Shown piece by piece: positions 48,595-62,274 of a stretch of 64,000 nucleotides of DNA. Source of the stretch: Haliotis rubra (Eukaryota). Location: positions 434,001 through 498,000 of the forward strand of contig NW_025767294.1 in NCBI RefSeq assembly GCF_003918875.1, in the 5' to 3' direction. Positions within the stretch are counted from its first letter, which is position 1. Each line of letters starts with the position of its first letter. The notes beneath the pieces are model-generated. The model was given only the letters and a program-made list of their open reading frames with translations, was not told the origin of the DNA and ran no database searches. The position numbers and the translations under genes were made by a program.

Positions 48595-51500
48595 TCAGTG
48601 TTTGAACATCCACTGAAAGACATCCTTTGGGTAAAGGTCGTATCCAAATGTTACCAACTCCCTTTCATAAATTTGCTCTATTGCCATAAGTGTATCTCTT
48701 CTTATTGTCCCAAATGCATGTATTTTCCATTTACGTTTGGTTTTCGCCATCTGACTAAATGTTCGTTTTGCTTCGTCGATACTCATTTGTTACATCTCTT
48801 GTGAATATCAGTTTTGGTAGAGGTAGTTTGGACTTTAACCTCTCTACGGATGAACTGGTCAGGTATCCATTCATCTGAAAAGCGTCTAAAGTCTTTTTCA
48901 CACAGTGGACAAAGCATGACTTAAAGTCTCGTTCAAAGAGTAAATAATTATAATCTATAAGCATGTGCATCTCCTCAAGCACATGGTCTGCATGCTCCAG
49001 AACTTGAACAAAGTCACTTAGACCAAGGAGCTGAAGTATATATTTACTGTCTGGATCAAACGTTTCCAATTTACCAACAAAATCAGGTTTAAACCGGCAT
49101 GGACTGCAGTGATGCATAACGGTTCCAAAATGGTCATCCATTTCACCATGAGTTTCGTTGTCCCAATGCACAATCAGATCCAAGAAATCCTGAAATGACA
49201 CATTGCTGTAATCCTTGTGACAAAAATCGTATGGATTCTTCATATGGTGTCCTTTTCTTCTAAGAATCATGGCTCCGAAGGTCTTCAGGAAATATTTATC
49301 AAGGACAACAAATTTGTCTAGAAACAGAGACCAGAGTCTTGTATATGGTTCTCTAGCGAACATGAACCGCGTTGTCTTGAAGATCAAGTTTCTGTCGTCA
49401 TTTAGATTATATAACTTGAGTTTTCTTTGGCTGAAGTGAACATCGTATTTGCTTACGGTGAATGGGTTGAAGCGGGTGATGTTGTATCCTGGGTTGTAAT
49501 ACCTGAGGAAATGGAACACCCGCAGCCAAAATGTTGAAGCGATCTTGTGGCTCTGGCAGAAGGACACCATTGATCTTGGGTCTATCACGACACTTGTTGC
49601 CGTTCCAGAAGGGTCGGACTGACAGTGCTTGGCGATTAGCTCATGTCTGGTTCTCTGTTGCTCTTTCATGGCTGGAGGAAGTGGATACGTTGATTCCTGG
49701 GGAAGATGTGGATTATCAGAGAAATGGTATGAAGTCAAAACGTACAGACATCAGATTCACACGTCCGAGCTAAAATAGATCGGTAAAGTAAACCTTCAAT
49801 AATGAGTACCCATTCGGAACAAGGTTAAGGGTTTTGCTTGTGATGAGTGAGTGAGTGAGTGAGTATGTTTTTACGCCACTTTTAGCAATATTCCAGCAAT
49901 ATCACGGCGGAGGCCACCAGAAATAGGGCTTCACATATTGTACCCATGTGGGGAATCGAACCCGGGTCTTCAGCCACTAGGCTACCCCACCGCCCCAGGT
50001 TAGTGACGGGTCATATGAAAAGATTATATATCCCTGTGGGGATTTAGGGTTGGAATGGATCCCCAGGACCCTACGTTGGTCGTAAAATATGATCCAACGT
50101 ATACGGTGGAGTGAGTTGGGTTTTACGCCGCTTTTAGCAATATTCCGACAATATCGCGGCAGGGGGCACCGGAAATGGGCTTCACATATTGTACCCATGT
50201 GGGGAATCGAACCCGGGTCTTCAGCGTGGCGAATGAACGCTTTAACCACTAGGCTACCCCACCGCCCTAGGTTAGTGATGAGGCTGATTATCAGCGTCAT
50301 CAGCTAGAATCAAGTAAATATAATAATACATATGCTAATTCGATTATTTATCAGGTCTTGGCATGTAGTTAGATATATAGTATTGCCACGTGCTACATGA
50401 AACATTCTTCGCTCACCCAATCATTCACTGACTGACTGGAATGCTTCCTTGAAGTGCATAGTTTAAGCAAGCATGTTCTCAATCTAAAACTGTATTTTCC
50501 TTCTCACTCACTCCTAGATTAATCTTTCGCAACACTTTCTCTTCACAATGACGTCAGGGGTTCCGTATTTTCCAATTGACCCATTGATTCAAAGTACACA
50601 TAATCAACAGGATGGAAACGGGTAGTTCATTTTTTCTGAATATTTGTGAAGTACTGCGTTGGCGTATACATTACCCACAAAAAATGAAAGCAATCATTTG
50701 ACCACAAGCATTTCAGTGGGCATGGAATGTGATCCTTCATAACGAAAGGGATATTCACCGTTTAGGAAAGGATTTGTACATGTCATATTTCCTCAGATCT
50801 CTACATCGTTGGACTATGGAGAATTCATTTCAACGTCATTTTTTCTGAACAGGGAATAAGTCACAATGAGATTACTTAATGTTAACAAATTTAGCCTCCG
50901 TCCACACCTGTCCCACTTTTATAGGGTACTCGAACCACCCATGCCTATGATCAATGAATAATAACATATTATTTTATTATATCATATTTTACATTTTTTC
51001 GGCTTCAGCAAGTATAATAAAACGTCATGATTCCCTTCCCTCACAACTTCATTACTGATGTGAATAACATTTCAAGCAGTTGGACTACAGTGACGTCAAT
51101 TACAAATATCATAAATGTGACCAACCTGTTAGCTTACGTCGAATGATATTGGAAACATGGGAAAATGGACACAAAATATTTTCCCCTTGGAGTAGGTATG
51201 CAGGAATGCTACAATATATTCCTTAAAAATGTTTTCTCGGGTGAAAGAATGTACACACGTGATAAATGGAATGAACAAAAAAAGATAGTAAAATCTTTTA
51301 CTTGGCTGAAAACAGTTGCGGAATACTGCAGTCTGAATGTTGAAATCACTATTGTGATATCCGTATCGAATGCATTACTGCAGAATAAATTATTCTTGGT
51401 GGTATTTTACATTTTTCGGTACGCCTTCATCTACCCGCTAGATAACATCAAATGGGAATTTTATATCACATGAGACGCTTCATATGCAAAGCAAAATAAA

Positions 51501-51881
51501 GTATAAATAAACTTTGTTTTATTTTATGTTACCTTGTTGGTGAAATCCATACTTCTTGGACTTGGGTCAGGATCTGAAACAGGTATGACATACGACCTTG
51601 GTTGACGATAATATTAAGGAAATACGATGTTCAACACTGGATTGTCTGGTCTAGATTTGGCTATTTACAGACTGTTGCCATACAGCTGGAATATTGAGTC
51701 GAACCTATTTTCAGTGGATCCTGGAACAACTAAGATACGCAATCCTTGACAGAAAATTACTGATGTTTCCGTTACAGAGCAACTGACATTGACAGCGTTA
51801 CTTACTGTATATATACAGAAGTAAACAAGGAATCGCCGAAACCATCGCTGCAATGGATAGGATCAGCTTCGAGGTCCTCAT
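48595..51881 (-). CDS. Carbohydrate sulfotransferase (CHST8-14/HNK-1ST, Sulfotransfer_2 family) with one apparent +1 frameshift near the 3' end
   Basis: Exons 51881-51806 (MRTSKLILSIAAMVSAIPCLLLYIY, type II anchor), 51573-51533 and 49696-48595. 5'-PSB FCQSHKIASTFW; 3'-PB FAREPYTRLWS..DKF; HCSPC..DFVGKLETF. The terminal YERELVTFGY lies in a second frame (48786-48595). Confidence 0.85.
49843..50268 (-). mobile_element. Two family A SINEs (49843-49996, 50107-50268) flanking a divergent family-B-like head
   Basis: Family A body and tail twice. Confidence 0.85.
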
Positions 51882-53242
51882 CTTTCAAGAAGTCTGCAAG
51901 AGAATGAGTGACTGAGGGTTATTTTTCCGTGCGCCCACTTCTTTCGTAAAAATATTGTTAGTCTTGCATTAAGAACCGAAAATATACACAGTCTCTAACA
52001 AACGTCCCAGCCCTCCCTCCAGTGTTGTAACAGTGGTCCGTTAGAGATGGTATTATATAAGAAGGGTCCACTGGGTTACCCGTTGGTTATTGTTAAGGTG
52101 GTGACTCAGAGGAGCTGGGTTTGATTCCACATGGGGGTGCACTATGTGAAGCCAGTCGTGGCAGTGCTCTCACTGACTCACTGAATCTGTCTATCGCTCT
52201 TGCTGACTCACAACTCACTGTCTCACTCACTCACTCACCCACTCACTCACTGAATCTGTCTCTTGCTCTCACTGACTTACTGTCTCACTCAACCGACCAT
52301 TGACTCTCATGACTGACTCACCCACCTCACTCACTCATTCATTCATTCATTCACATACCTACTTACTTACTCCTCCCACATATACCAGCAAAATGACCTG
52401 TAGAACAGGTGGAGGCAAGAAAGTTAGTAAAGTTTCTATGTGAATGTGCATCCGAAAGTGTGAATTAAGACTTCACAGGTAACAATACTGTCTGCATAAC
52501 CAGGGTTCCATTCTGCCAAACATGTGGTTATCATATCAAGAATGATAAAATCAACCACACATGCACAAACCTGTCCGCATTGTAAAACGACAATGTACTG
52601 CAGAGGCAACAATCACAATTCAATCATGTATCCAACAGACTAGTGAAAAAAACGAAAGGTCGGCGTCCCGAGACGACACCGCTTCAACACAGACCCACTG
52701 TGGGGTAAGTGAATACATATATGTCACATACAGGTCAACCGTGACTCTACAGCCCTCCTTGAACGCTGCACGGCACTTTTAAGTGTGTAAACAAAGAGGC
52801 CTTCCTAAGCAGGAACACCTGTACAACGAACAGTTTATACAAGGAGATATGTAACTGGCTTTGATATGCTTGCACATCGCAACTAAACATAAACCTACTC
52901 ACCTTAAGGTGACTTTCACATCGACATGATTATCACGGTCAGGGTCAGACTTTTCACAGGTGGTCATGTCTACCTTGCCAAGGTCCAGCCCTCCGTGTGA
53001 CCTCCCTCCTACCTCCCTGTGCAGTGGGCGACCGCTATATGGGTCGTCCCTCTTAACGCTGTTGTTAGAATGTGTCTACTTGTCGAGACAACGACAAGCA
53101 GAATGGGTCTCTTGACCTGTATGTGAGGTAGCTGGGGCGTTAACGTGACGAATGTCATCCCAGCTAGACATGGGGCTTATCAGCTACTGTACCAACGAAG
53201 AGTTTGTTCAACGGTTGATAGGCTTAGCCACGTCTCGACACC

Positions 53243-53910
53243 CAGTAAACTACGGTTATGACGAACACGGTTATAACGAACTGACTCATATCATGTGCTT
53301 GGGTCATTGTCACTGTCTGTCTGTTTTAGTCGAAATGTGTGTAGGAGGTACTGTTATAACGAACTACAATTGGTGGCATTTTAGTTCGTTATAACCGTAG
53401 TTTCTTAATGTCATTCTCGGTTAGATATACCCGTAAGAAGGACTGGCCAGGTGGTCAGACTCGGGCTACCATAATGCGTAAAACGATGTACTGTTGTAAC
53501 GAACCAAAATTAGTGGGCGTTTTGTATTCGTCATAACCGCAGTTCAGGTACGGCATGTGGTATTCAGGGGTAGATATACCCGTAAGAAATATGGGTCATG
53601 TGGTCAGACTCGGGCTACCGAAATGCGCGTAAGGAAGTACTGTTATAACGAACCAAACTTAGAGGGCCTGTTGTATTCGTTACAGCCGTACTTCACTGTA
53701 CGGCATGCGGTATTCCGGTGTAGATCTACCTGTAAGAAATATTGGTCATGTGGTCAGACTCGGGCTACTAAAATGCGTATAACGAAGAACTGTTGCAACA
53801 ACACCTTTCGAATTCGTTATAACCGTAGCTCACTATACACCCTGTGGCGTTCGCGGTCAGAATTCTACCGTAACATGGACAGGGCAGGCGGTCAGACTCG
53901 GGTTACCTAA
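53243..53910. mobile_element. pogo-type MITE relic followed by ~140-bp degenerate tandem repeats
   Basis: CAGTAAACTACGGTTATGACGAA ... TTCGTTATAACCGTAG inverted ends; repeated GGTCAGACTCGGGCTAC. Confidence 0.55.
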
Positions 53911-54238
53911 AATGTTGAAATACAAAACAATTTCAGAAAATTCATTAACATCGATAGAATTTGAAATGTTGATGTTAGGTTTATAATTCCTGCATATGTA
54001 TTTATTATAAATATTGAAATTACATTGATTTAATCTAAACATGTTTTTTCACTCTCTCTTTTTCTTTTGAAATTGAAAATGCATGGTCTGCTAGAGACAT
54101 CCGCTGGTCATTAGTAAACAGCTGTCACCATGTTGCATGGTCAATTGCAAGCAAAAACGCCAGCGCATTGAATGGAATGCACTTTGGTAACTTCAGACAC
54201 CACAGAATATGGTCCGATCCCAGCAAATTAGCACCATT

Positions 54239-54400
54239 GGAGTGAGTGAGTTTAGATTTACGCCGCTTTTAGCAATATTCCAGCAATATCACGGCGGGGG
54301 ACACCAGAAATGGGCTTCACACAGTGTACCCATGTGGGGAATCGAACCTGGGATTTCGGATCGGTGAGTGACCGCTTTAACCACTAGGCTAACCCATCGT
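54239..54400 (-). mobile_element. Family A SINE
   Basis: Full-length. Confidence 0.9.
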
Positions 54401-55195
54401 CTCTCCCACCACAGGAGGACATAGTATGCTCGCTGAGATCTAACATGATAGGATTACAATGTGCGTTGGCAGTGGAGCAATATACACACGTTCCATGACG
54501 TGAGATAATTTTTTAACGCCGATTGAAAAGTGTCATTTCACTTCACGACAGGTTACTTTATCAGCAAAACGAGAAGTTATGAAGGCCGCGGACGAACCCA
54601 CAACCATATGCTTCTGTTAAGCTCAAGGGACACAACTCTGCAGAGGAAATTGCTTCTACTGAGAAGACTGGGCCAACGCGGGCCGATCATGAAGAACATT
54701 AGGAAGGTGTGTATGCCAATTTGGTTACATTTTACTTCTGTTCTTAAAAACCGTTTAATTTCATGATTTGATTTTACATGTTTTACAATAACTACATGTT
54801 TAATTGATTGGAAGATTAATGCGAACTAACTGTTTCCATGTTGTTTTTTTACCACATTCATGCATATCCAGGTTCCGAGGTAGGTGGCGATATCCCCTGC
54901 GACTACTAGTACTTAGACTGGTCAAATTGATTGATTGATATCTCAGCTATATGGCGGCGGTCTGTAAATAATAGAGCCTGCATAAAGACAATCCAGTGAT
55001 CAACAGCATGAGCAATTGGGATACGATGACATGTGTCAGCCAGGTCAGCGAGCCTGACCACCCGATCCCGTTAGTCGCCTTTACGACAAGCACGGGTTGC
55101 TACGTCCTCAGAAGCAACCGTGCAGAAAGTGATACAGTGCTTCAAAGTTTTTTGGTGAAATATATAATTCATGTGCGACGTTTTGGATGAACACC

Positions 55196-55369
55196 GGGGC
55201 GGTGGGGTAGCCTAGTGGTTAAAGCGTTGGCTCGTCACGCCGAAGGCCCGGGTTCGATTCCCCACATGGGCACAATGTGTTAAGCCCATTTCTGGTGTCC
55301 CCCGCCGTGATATTGCTGGAATATTGCTAAAAGCGGCGTAAAACTAAACTCAGTCAGTCAGTCAGTCAG
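55196..55369 (+). mobile_element. Young family A SINE, (CAGT)n subfamily
   Basis: Perfect 13-bp TSD TTGGATGAACACC; intact A box (TAGCCTAGTGG) and B box (GGTTCGATTCC). Confidence 0.97.
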
Positions 55370-55463
55370 TTGGATGAACACCAGTGAGAGGGAACAAAGG
55401 GTTATTCCCAACACTAGTTGGGAGAAGTGTGCTGAAAGTATGCAATAAAGTTTCGATGAAAGA

Positions 55464-55637
55464 GTGAGTGAGTGAGTGAGTGAGTATGTTTTTACGCCGC
55501 TTATAGCAATATTCTAGGAATATCACGGCGGGGGACACCGGAATTGGGCTTCACACATTGTACCCACGTGGGGAATCGAACCGTGGAATTCAGCTTGACG
55601 AGCGGACGGTTTAACCACTATGCTACCCCACCGCCCC
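55464..55637 (-). mobile_element. Family A SINE
   Basis: TSD TTTCGATGAAAG. Confidence 0.93.
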
Positions 55638-56422
55638 TTTCGATGAAAGAAGTACCTGGAGGAATTACTAAAACGTGCTTAAACCTAAAAGTGAAGCAGT
55701 AGCGTAGTCTCTGTATAAAACAAATGGATGATCGTGAGTGAGAGAACAACCAGGACGGTTGAATGTAGAAGGAAACGTGGAGTAATGCAGGTCGCATACG
55801 ACACCTGATTTACAGGTTCCTGCTGACCCCAAGGGACGTAACTCATGAACTTCATTAATGTCTTTTTCAAATGCCGTTTAATTTGAAGAGTTGATTGTAT
55901 AGTTGTGAAGTTCTAACACGTCGTTTAAAGTGCCCATTAAACACACAAAAAGTTGCATTTACCTCAGAGTACAAATTACCATACCACGTTTTAGTTTATA
56001 TATGACTATCAAATTTTAGGATGCTCCGTACTTTGTGTTTGTAGTATAGTTTAGTCGTACGCAGCAAATTTGATGGCAATGCGCGTAAGAAAGAACATGA
56101 CTTAAGCCGGTCACGTGTAATACTGAACACCTTTCAGCAAGGAACCCGATGGAAGTTATTCCAATCAGGGTTGAATAAAGGCGACAGAAAAATCGCAAAA
56201 CATATTTCTACAAAGTCCTATGAAGTTTAGGATGCGAACGTAAAATATATCTTATGGCGTATATGTTTTGTTTGTTGTTTTACCTGTCCAGCTCTGTAAA
56301 GGCGTTCTATAACAAACATTGAGCCTTGGCCCAGACAATCCAGTGATCGGGATCATCAGATCAGCTTGCACATTTTGGATATGATGACATGCTTCAACAA
56401 AATTAGCGACTCGGACCACAAA

Positions 56423-56872
56423 CAGAGTTCGAAATAATCGCCGGCCCGGAGGCCCAGTGCCGGTTGTTATTGTATCGGGCCGGCAGTTTCGAATATTTGT
56501 ATGTCCTTGTGGCCTTCAGTAAATTATCTGTCTTTTTTTCAACCGGAATCTTTCTCTTATTGTTTTTTTCTTTAATAACGTCCGGGAATCATCCGTGATC
56601 CATCATGTTACGATTACTTACAGTTTCATTTCCTGGTAGTTTAGCGCTTTGCGCATAGGGATGTCAACACCAGTCTTTAACAAATAAATACGTCTCGCTG
56701 CGCCACAGGCTTTGCTAATTGATTTTGTAGAAACAATGTGAAACTGTGTACAGTCTGTTTTTTTGTTTTTATTGGTTTGACTTTAACAAAATGGGCCTGC
56801 AGATTTCATTCAGGGCCTGTAGATTTTAGGGCCCTGATGGACATCTGGCAAATTAAAGTATTGCAAACACTG
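56423..56872. mobile_element. MITE with an 8-bp TSD (hAT/P-like), inserted in a family B copy
   Basis: TIRs CAGAGTTCGAAATA / TATTGCAAACACTG; TSD ACCACAAA/ACCACACA; its right end also occurs at 23360-23493. Confidence 0.7.
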
Positions 56873-57189
56873 ACCACACATCTTACAACAAGAATGTGTT
56901 GATGCAGACTGCTGCCATAGAGCTGGAATGCTGCTGAGTGCAGCGTAAACCTGAACTCACTCGCTCATTGGCTCCGGTTTATCTTGCTGATCCTCTGCAG
57001 GCCTATACTGTCACGACGATAACGAGATTAGAAATGTCTTCAAACATCTAAATCCTGTAAACAAACATTTGGAGATTAGCCATAAACATCTTGTCCAGGT
57101 CGGTGTAACAATGTCCCACCAACAGAAAGCACTTTGAAATCTTCGCTGGGAACCGATTGGTTCAGCAAAATCTGCAAGGACTATACTGG

Positions 57190-57353
57190 ACTGACTGACT
57201 GAGTTTAGTTTTACGCCGCTTTTAGTAATATTCCAGCAATATCACGGCGGGGACACCAGAAATGGGCTTAACACATTGTGCCCATGTAGAATCGAACCCG
57301 TGTCTTCGGCGTGACGAGCCAAAGCTTTAACCACTGGGGTACCCCACCGCCCC
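57190..57353 (-). mobile_element. Family A SINE, (CAGT)n subfamily
   Basis: TSD AAGGACTATAC. Confidence 0.92.
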
Positions 57354-58106
57354 TGTAAGGACTATACAGTCTCCATGAATCAAAGAGCGTTTTAGCTTCA
57401 ACAAATTGCTGCATACAAGCGCTATACAAGTGTATATTTGATTGATGTGAAAAACATTGTTTCAATTTGAAAATGCAAAACTATATACTGAATAATACTG
57501 ACTGTGACGATATGCAACTTTCAGCTACTAATGTACCGTTTAGATTACATGACACACCTAGTGGAAAAAATTATACATCTCGCAAAAGTACTGGAAAATA
57601 TAAGTAGGTACTATGAAACAGAGAAGTTATTTATTCGTTGTCTGTTACAGGTTAAAAAAACACCAAATGTTTTCCCATGGACTTCAATAGCAACTAAATA
57701 TTGTCTTGACAATAACCAGTTCGTCAATAGTCTTGAAGTGTATGTGTATGCACAGTATGGCCTTTCAGCCACAATAAAAGAGTACCGAAAGTTGCACATA
57801 CCAACCCCAGTGCCGCACCAAAAGTCACCTACTTGAAAATATCTCTGCAAACATTCAGCAGATGTTATTGTGCGAATAGTACACTAAATATTGAAAAATA
57901 TGGTCAGTTTCAATTACTTGGTGTACATCTTACACAACAAGCTTACACTAAATCATCCAATTACAAATGTCATCCCGCTACAAAAAGGTGTTTGTTAATC
58001 TACGGAATCGAACTCGGTGTAGTATCATATCTACACCAGTGGTAACTACAGCTGCCCGGATTCTGTAAAGAATCTTTCTCAAGACTTAGACCTTTCCAAG
58101 TTCTTC

Positions 58107-61100
58107 TCATTTAGTCTTTTCCAGTAACCAATCGAAGAACATTTCAGCCGCCCTCGTCGTCAGTTCTATGCCATCGTTCACCTACAAAGACAAAAAATGT
58201 ACCTTTACCATGAACTCACCTTTCCGAACCAAAAGGAATATATATTGATGTACAAAAGAAAGTACACACATCTATGGTGTTATTGCAATCACAATCAAAA
58301 CACTGTTCTAAATATTACGTTGTTATAGCAAAACCCCCATTTTACCAAAGCATCAGGTGTGCACTTTCTCTTGTACGTCAGTTTACATCTAGATACCAAT
58401 TGTAATTGTGTTCACCTACAGGGATGTTTGTAGCTTTTGTTATAACTTTACATTTTTCTGTGGGAACGTTTTAATGAGAACCCATGTTGGTGCCTCAGCA
58501 GTTTGATATTGGTCACGCATTAAAACTGAAGTGGAAATCGTTTTGGAACATAATCATTTACTAACATTTTACTCATTTACATCTTGGTGGCTACGTTTCA
58601 TATTTGCAAGTGTTTTATTTACAGGTTGTATGGTTATGTCGCCTTGTGAACATATACTGTTTCTGCTGTGATAAAAAAGATATACTTCAAAAACATGTAC
58701 CATATTCCATATGTTTGGCTGAAATAAATGGGTGAAATATATATGAGCTTGACACGTGATATTTACACACATATGTCATTGTTAAGAGAGGGTGAATGCA
58801 TTGTCGTTGGACCCCATCACCGTCGGTGTGCCTTTTACAGAATCATACTGAACAGAACACATGTCACATCTACTTTGGAAACGAATGAAACGATTCCCAC
58901 CTGGTCACTTATTTTCAATGTCATAGCAGCACCACGACACGAAGTGTTCACAGTTGCTGGCAAGCATGTTATATCCCTTCTGCCAAGCTGGCTCTTGGCT
59001 CTCTCCACGATCTCCGATTTGCTGAAGGTTCTGCAAAGTGGATAACATGTATTAGCAGGACAAACCTTAGTCTAATTTCCTCTATACCAAACAGAGCAAA
59101 AAAACTTTAGTCTGTGACAAACAGAACAAACCTTAGACTATAACAAACAGAACAAACTTTCGTGTATACCAAACAGAACAAAATTTCCTCTATACCAAAC
59201 AGAGCAAAAAACTTTAGTCTGTGACAAACAGAACAAACCTTAGACTAAAACAAACAGAAAAAACTTTAGTCCATACCAAACAGAACAAATTTAGCCTATA
59301 ACAAACAGAACAAACATTAGTCTAAAACAAACAAAACAAACTTTACTCTATACCAAACAGAACAAACTTTACTCTATACCAAACAGAACAGTCTGTGGCA
59401 AACACAACACACTTTAGACTATAACAAACAGAACAAACTTTAGTCTAAAACAAACAAAAACAAACTTTAGTCTATACCAAACAGAACAAACTTTAGCCTG
59501 TGACAAAAAGAACAAACTTTAGTCTATACCAAACAGAACAAACTTTAGTCTGTGACAAACAGAACAAACTTTAGTCTATAGCAAACAGTCTTTTAGTCTA
59601 AAACAAACAGAACAAACTTCAGTCTATAACAAACAGTCTATTAGTCTAAAACAAACAGAACAAACTTTAGTCTATAACAAACACTCTATTTGTCTAAATC
59701 AAAGAGACCAAACTTCAGTGTGTAACAAACAGAGCAAACTTTAGTCTAAAACAAACAGAGCAAACTTTAGTCTGTGACAAACAGAACAAACTTTAGTCTG
59801 CGACAAACAGAACAAACTTTAGTCTGTAACAAACAGAACAAACGTTAGTCTCTACCAAACAGAACACACTTTAGTTTATACCAAACAGAACAAACTTTAG
59901 TTTATACCAAACAGAGCAAACTTTAGTATATAACAACAGAACAAACATTAGTCTGAAACAAACAGAACAAACATTAGTCTGAAACAAACAGAACAAACTT
60001 TAGCCTGTAACAAACAGAATATACTTTAGTCTTAGCAAACAGAATAAACTTTAGTCTATAGCAAACAGAACAAACTTTAGTCTATAGCAAACAGAACAAA
60101 CTTTAGTTCTTACAAGAGTTAACATGTCCAGGGTAACTCTTGTGTATAATATAGTTTCATGTTAAAGAATCTATTGACGTCCATGATTTTTCACTCCGTA
60201 GATGGTTTAAAGAGAACAAAACCTACAACCAGAAGCCAGCTCTCAAATCTTCAACATCCCTTTCCCAAACCAAAAAGAGTAGAACTGTGTATTATTGCTC
60301 ATACTACTAAGGTTATCAACAAAGCGTAAATATATTCAAATTTGAAAGATGCCTCAATAAAGCAGGCAGTCCTAAGCAGATTCTCAGCACCACCCCTTGA
60401 CAGAAACGGTATCTTATGTTCTCAACTCTGACTACAGTGAGAGGATTACATATGGGGTCTAGTTTCTTCCACAAGTACTTCATTCTTTCATTTGTTTCTT
60501 ACTTTAGTCTGTATCTCCGGCCTTTTGAGTTGTTTTTGTTCATCTTGCATTTCTTAGCAACATCCTGGATTTTGTCTCTACGTACAACGGCTTTTTCAGT
60601 CTTTCTAAAGCTCTCACCATCGAGACTGGCCAGGTGAATCACGTAACCATCACCTGTGGACATAATGTTCCAACTTATTACATGTTTGTCTCATTCAACA
60701 CTGGACGGAATTCTTATAGTGTTACCTACTGATTACACTGTATGGCAGATGAGGGGAACTGATTTCGATCAATATATGTTAATGGGCGATTGCAATGTAT
60801 AATAGATGGAAATGAATGGATATTGATCAGTGTATATTACTTAGGGATTATAGTTTCAAGCAGATGGGAAGCATTAATTCTGATCATCAGATGTTAATGG
60901 ACGATTGCAATGTATAGCAGATGGGAACGAATGGATTCTGATCAGTGAATATTAATGAGATATTACAATGTATAGCAGATGGGATGCATTAGTTCTGATC
61001 AATAGATGTTAATGGACGATTGCAATGTATAGCAGATGGGAACGAATGGATTCTGATCAGTGAATATTAATGAGATATTACAGTGTATAGCAGATGGGAT

Positions 61101-61683
61101 GCATTAATTCTGATCAATAGATGTTAATGGACGGTTGCAATTTGTAGCAGTTGGGTACGAATGGATTCTGATCAGTGAATATTAATGAAATTACAGTTAA
61201 TAGCAGATGGGATGCATTAATTCTGATCAATCGATGTTAATGGACGATTGCAATGTATAGCAGATGGGAACGAATGGATTCTGATCAGTGAATATTAATG
61301 AGATATTACAGTGTATAGCAGATGGGATGCATTAGTTCTGATCAATAGATGTTACTTGGCGATGTGTAGTAGATGGGAAAGAATTGCTTTTTGTTTTTCA
61401 GTGTTACTGGGTGATTACCTAAATTACGTTGGAATATTGTACAGTACTAACCAAAGGTGGACCGAGACCATTCATTGTAGTTCATATAAAGGGGACAATA
61501 AAGGAAATACGAATCTCTCATTTATTTTATTTCAAATTGTCAAAGAGAACCAGTGAATATTTGCCTACCAATGTACACGCCCCAGTGAGAATACAACACT
61601 CTCCCAAATTCCACCTGGTCACCGGGCTCCAAGCTGGACAACACGGCGTCGTTGTGCTCTTGGGTCGTTGCCATCGTTGCCAT
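58107..61683 (-). CDS. PLAAT/HRASLS (LRAT-family, NlpC/P60) phospholipase A/acyltransferase-like protein, ~156 aa, catalytic motif out of frame
   Basis: Exons 61683-61569 (PGDQVEFGRVLYSHWGVYIG), 60653-60503 (DGYVIHLA...), 59030-58901 (..IVERAKSQLG..SDQ) and 58181-58107 (V...stop). GT-AG introns with consistent phases. YNMLASNCEHF is present in exon 3 but in another frame. Confidence 0.88.
59060..60110. repeat. ~28-bp degenerate A-rich minisatellite
   Basis: AAACAGAACAAACTTTAGTCTAT.. repeated more than 30 times in a PLAAT intron. Confidence 0.95.
60745..61380. repeat. ~57-bp minisatellite with alternating (dimeric, ~115-bp) higher-order structure
   Basis: GCAGATGGGA followed alternately by ACGAATGGATT and TGCATTAATT. 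Confidence 0.9.
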
Positions 61684-62274
61684 GGTAGTGATCGGTGATC
61701 AAGTATCCCGTGGAGATGTCACGCTGTAAACCAAAAGGTAAAATGAACTATTTTGATGCATTGTTTAAAATTAGTGACATTAAATGTCATTGGCATAGCG
61801 TGTTTATGAGTATCGGTCGACTATATTTAATCCTAAAGACATTTCCCGGCGGCCAAAGAAACCATTTTGTGATAACATATTTAACAGATACATAGTCAGC
61901 TACTGATGTTACAATCGTTACAACCGTTTGGTCATACGATTTTCGACAAACATATACAGTAAGTGGCCGGGAAGAAATAGTTCGTTACAAACGTAGTTTA
62001 CGGTATTCGCAATCTCCAAACCATCGAGTGAGATCTATCTGGTTGATTAAAAAAAAATCAAGTTACTGAGGACGAATCTCATCAGATGCACAGGGTCAAA
62101 CAAGCACCATAGTGATTACATAAAATGATTTGCGCTTAAAAGAAATGTTCTAGGGTTTGAATCTAACTTTAAGTCTTGGTCTAGAGGTTGTAGTGTATAA
62201 AATCGTGCGTCAGTGTCATTCATATTGTATAACGAATAGACGCGTTAGTGGCGTATACTTGTGTATACTAACAG

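Noticed and set aside
55196-55270. tRNA gene (also 10268 and other SINE heads)
   Set aside because: tRNA-like heads are fused to a SINE body, tail and TSD, and occur as many dispersed copies.
57504-57836. 110-aa plus-strand ORF
   Set aside because: No recognisable motif; lies antisense and downstream of the PLAAT stop codon.
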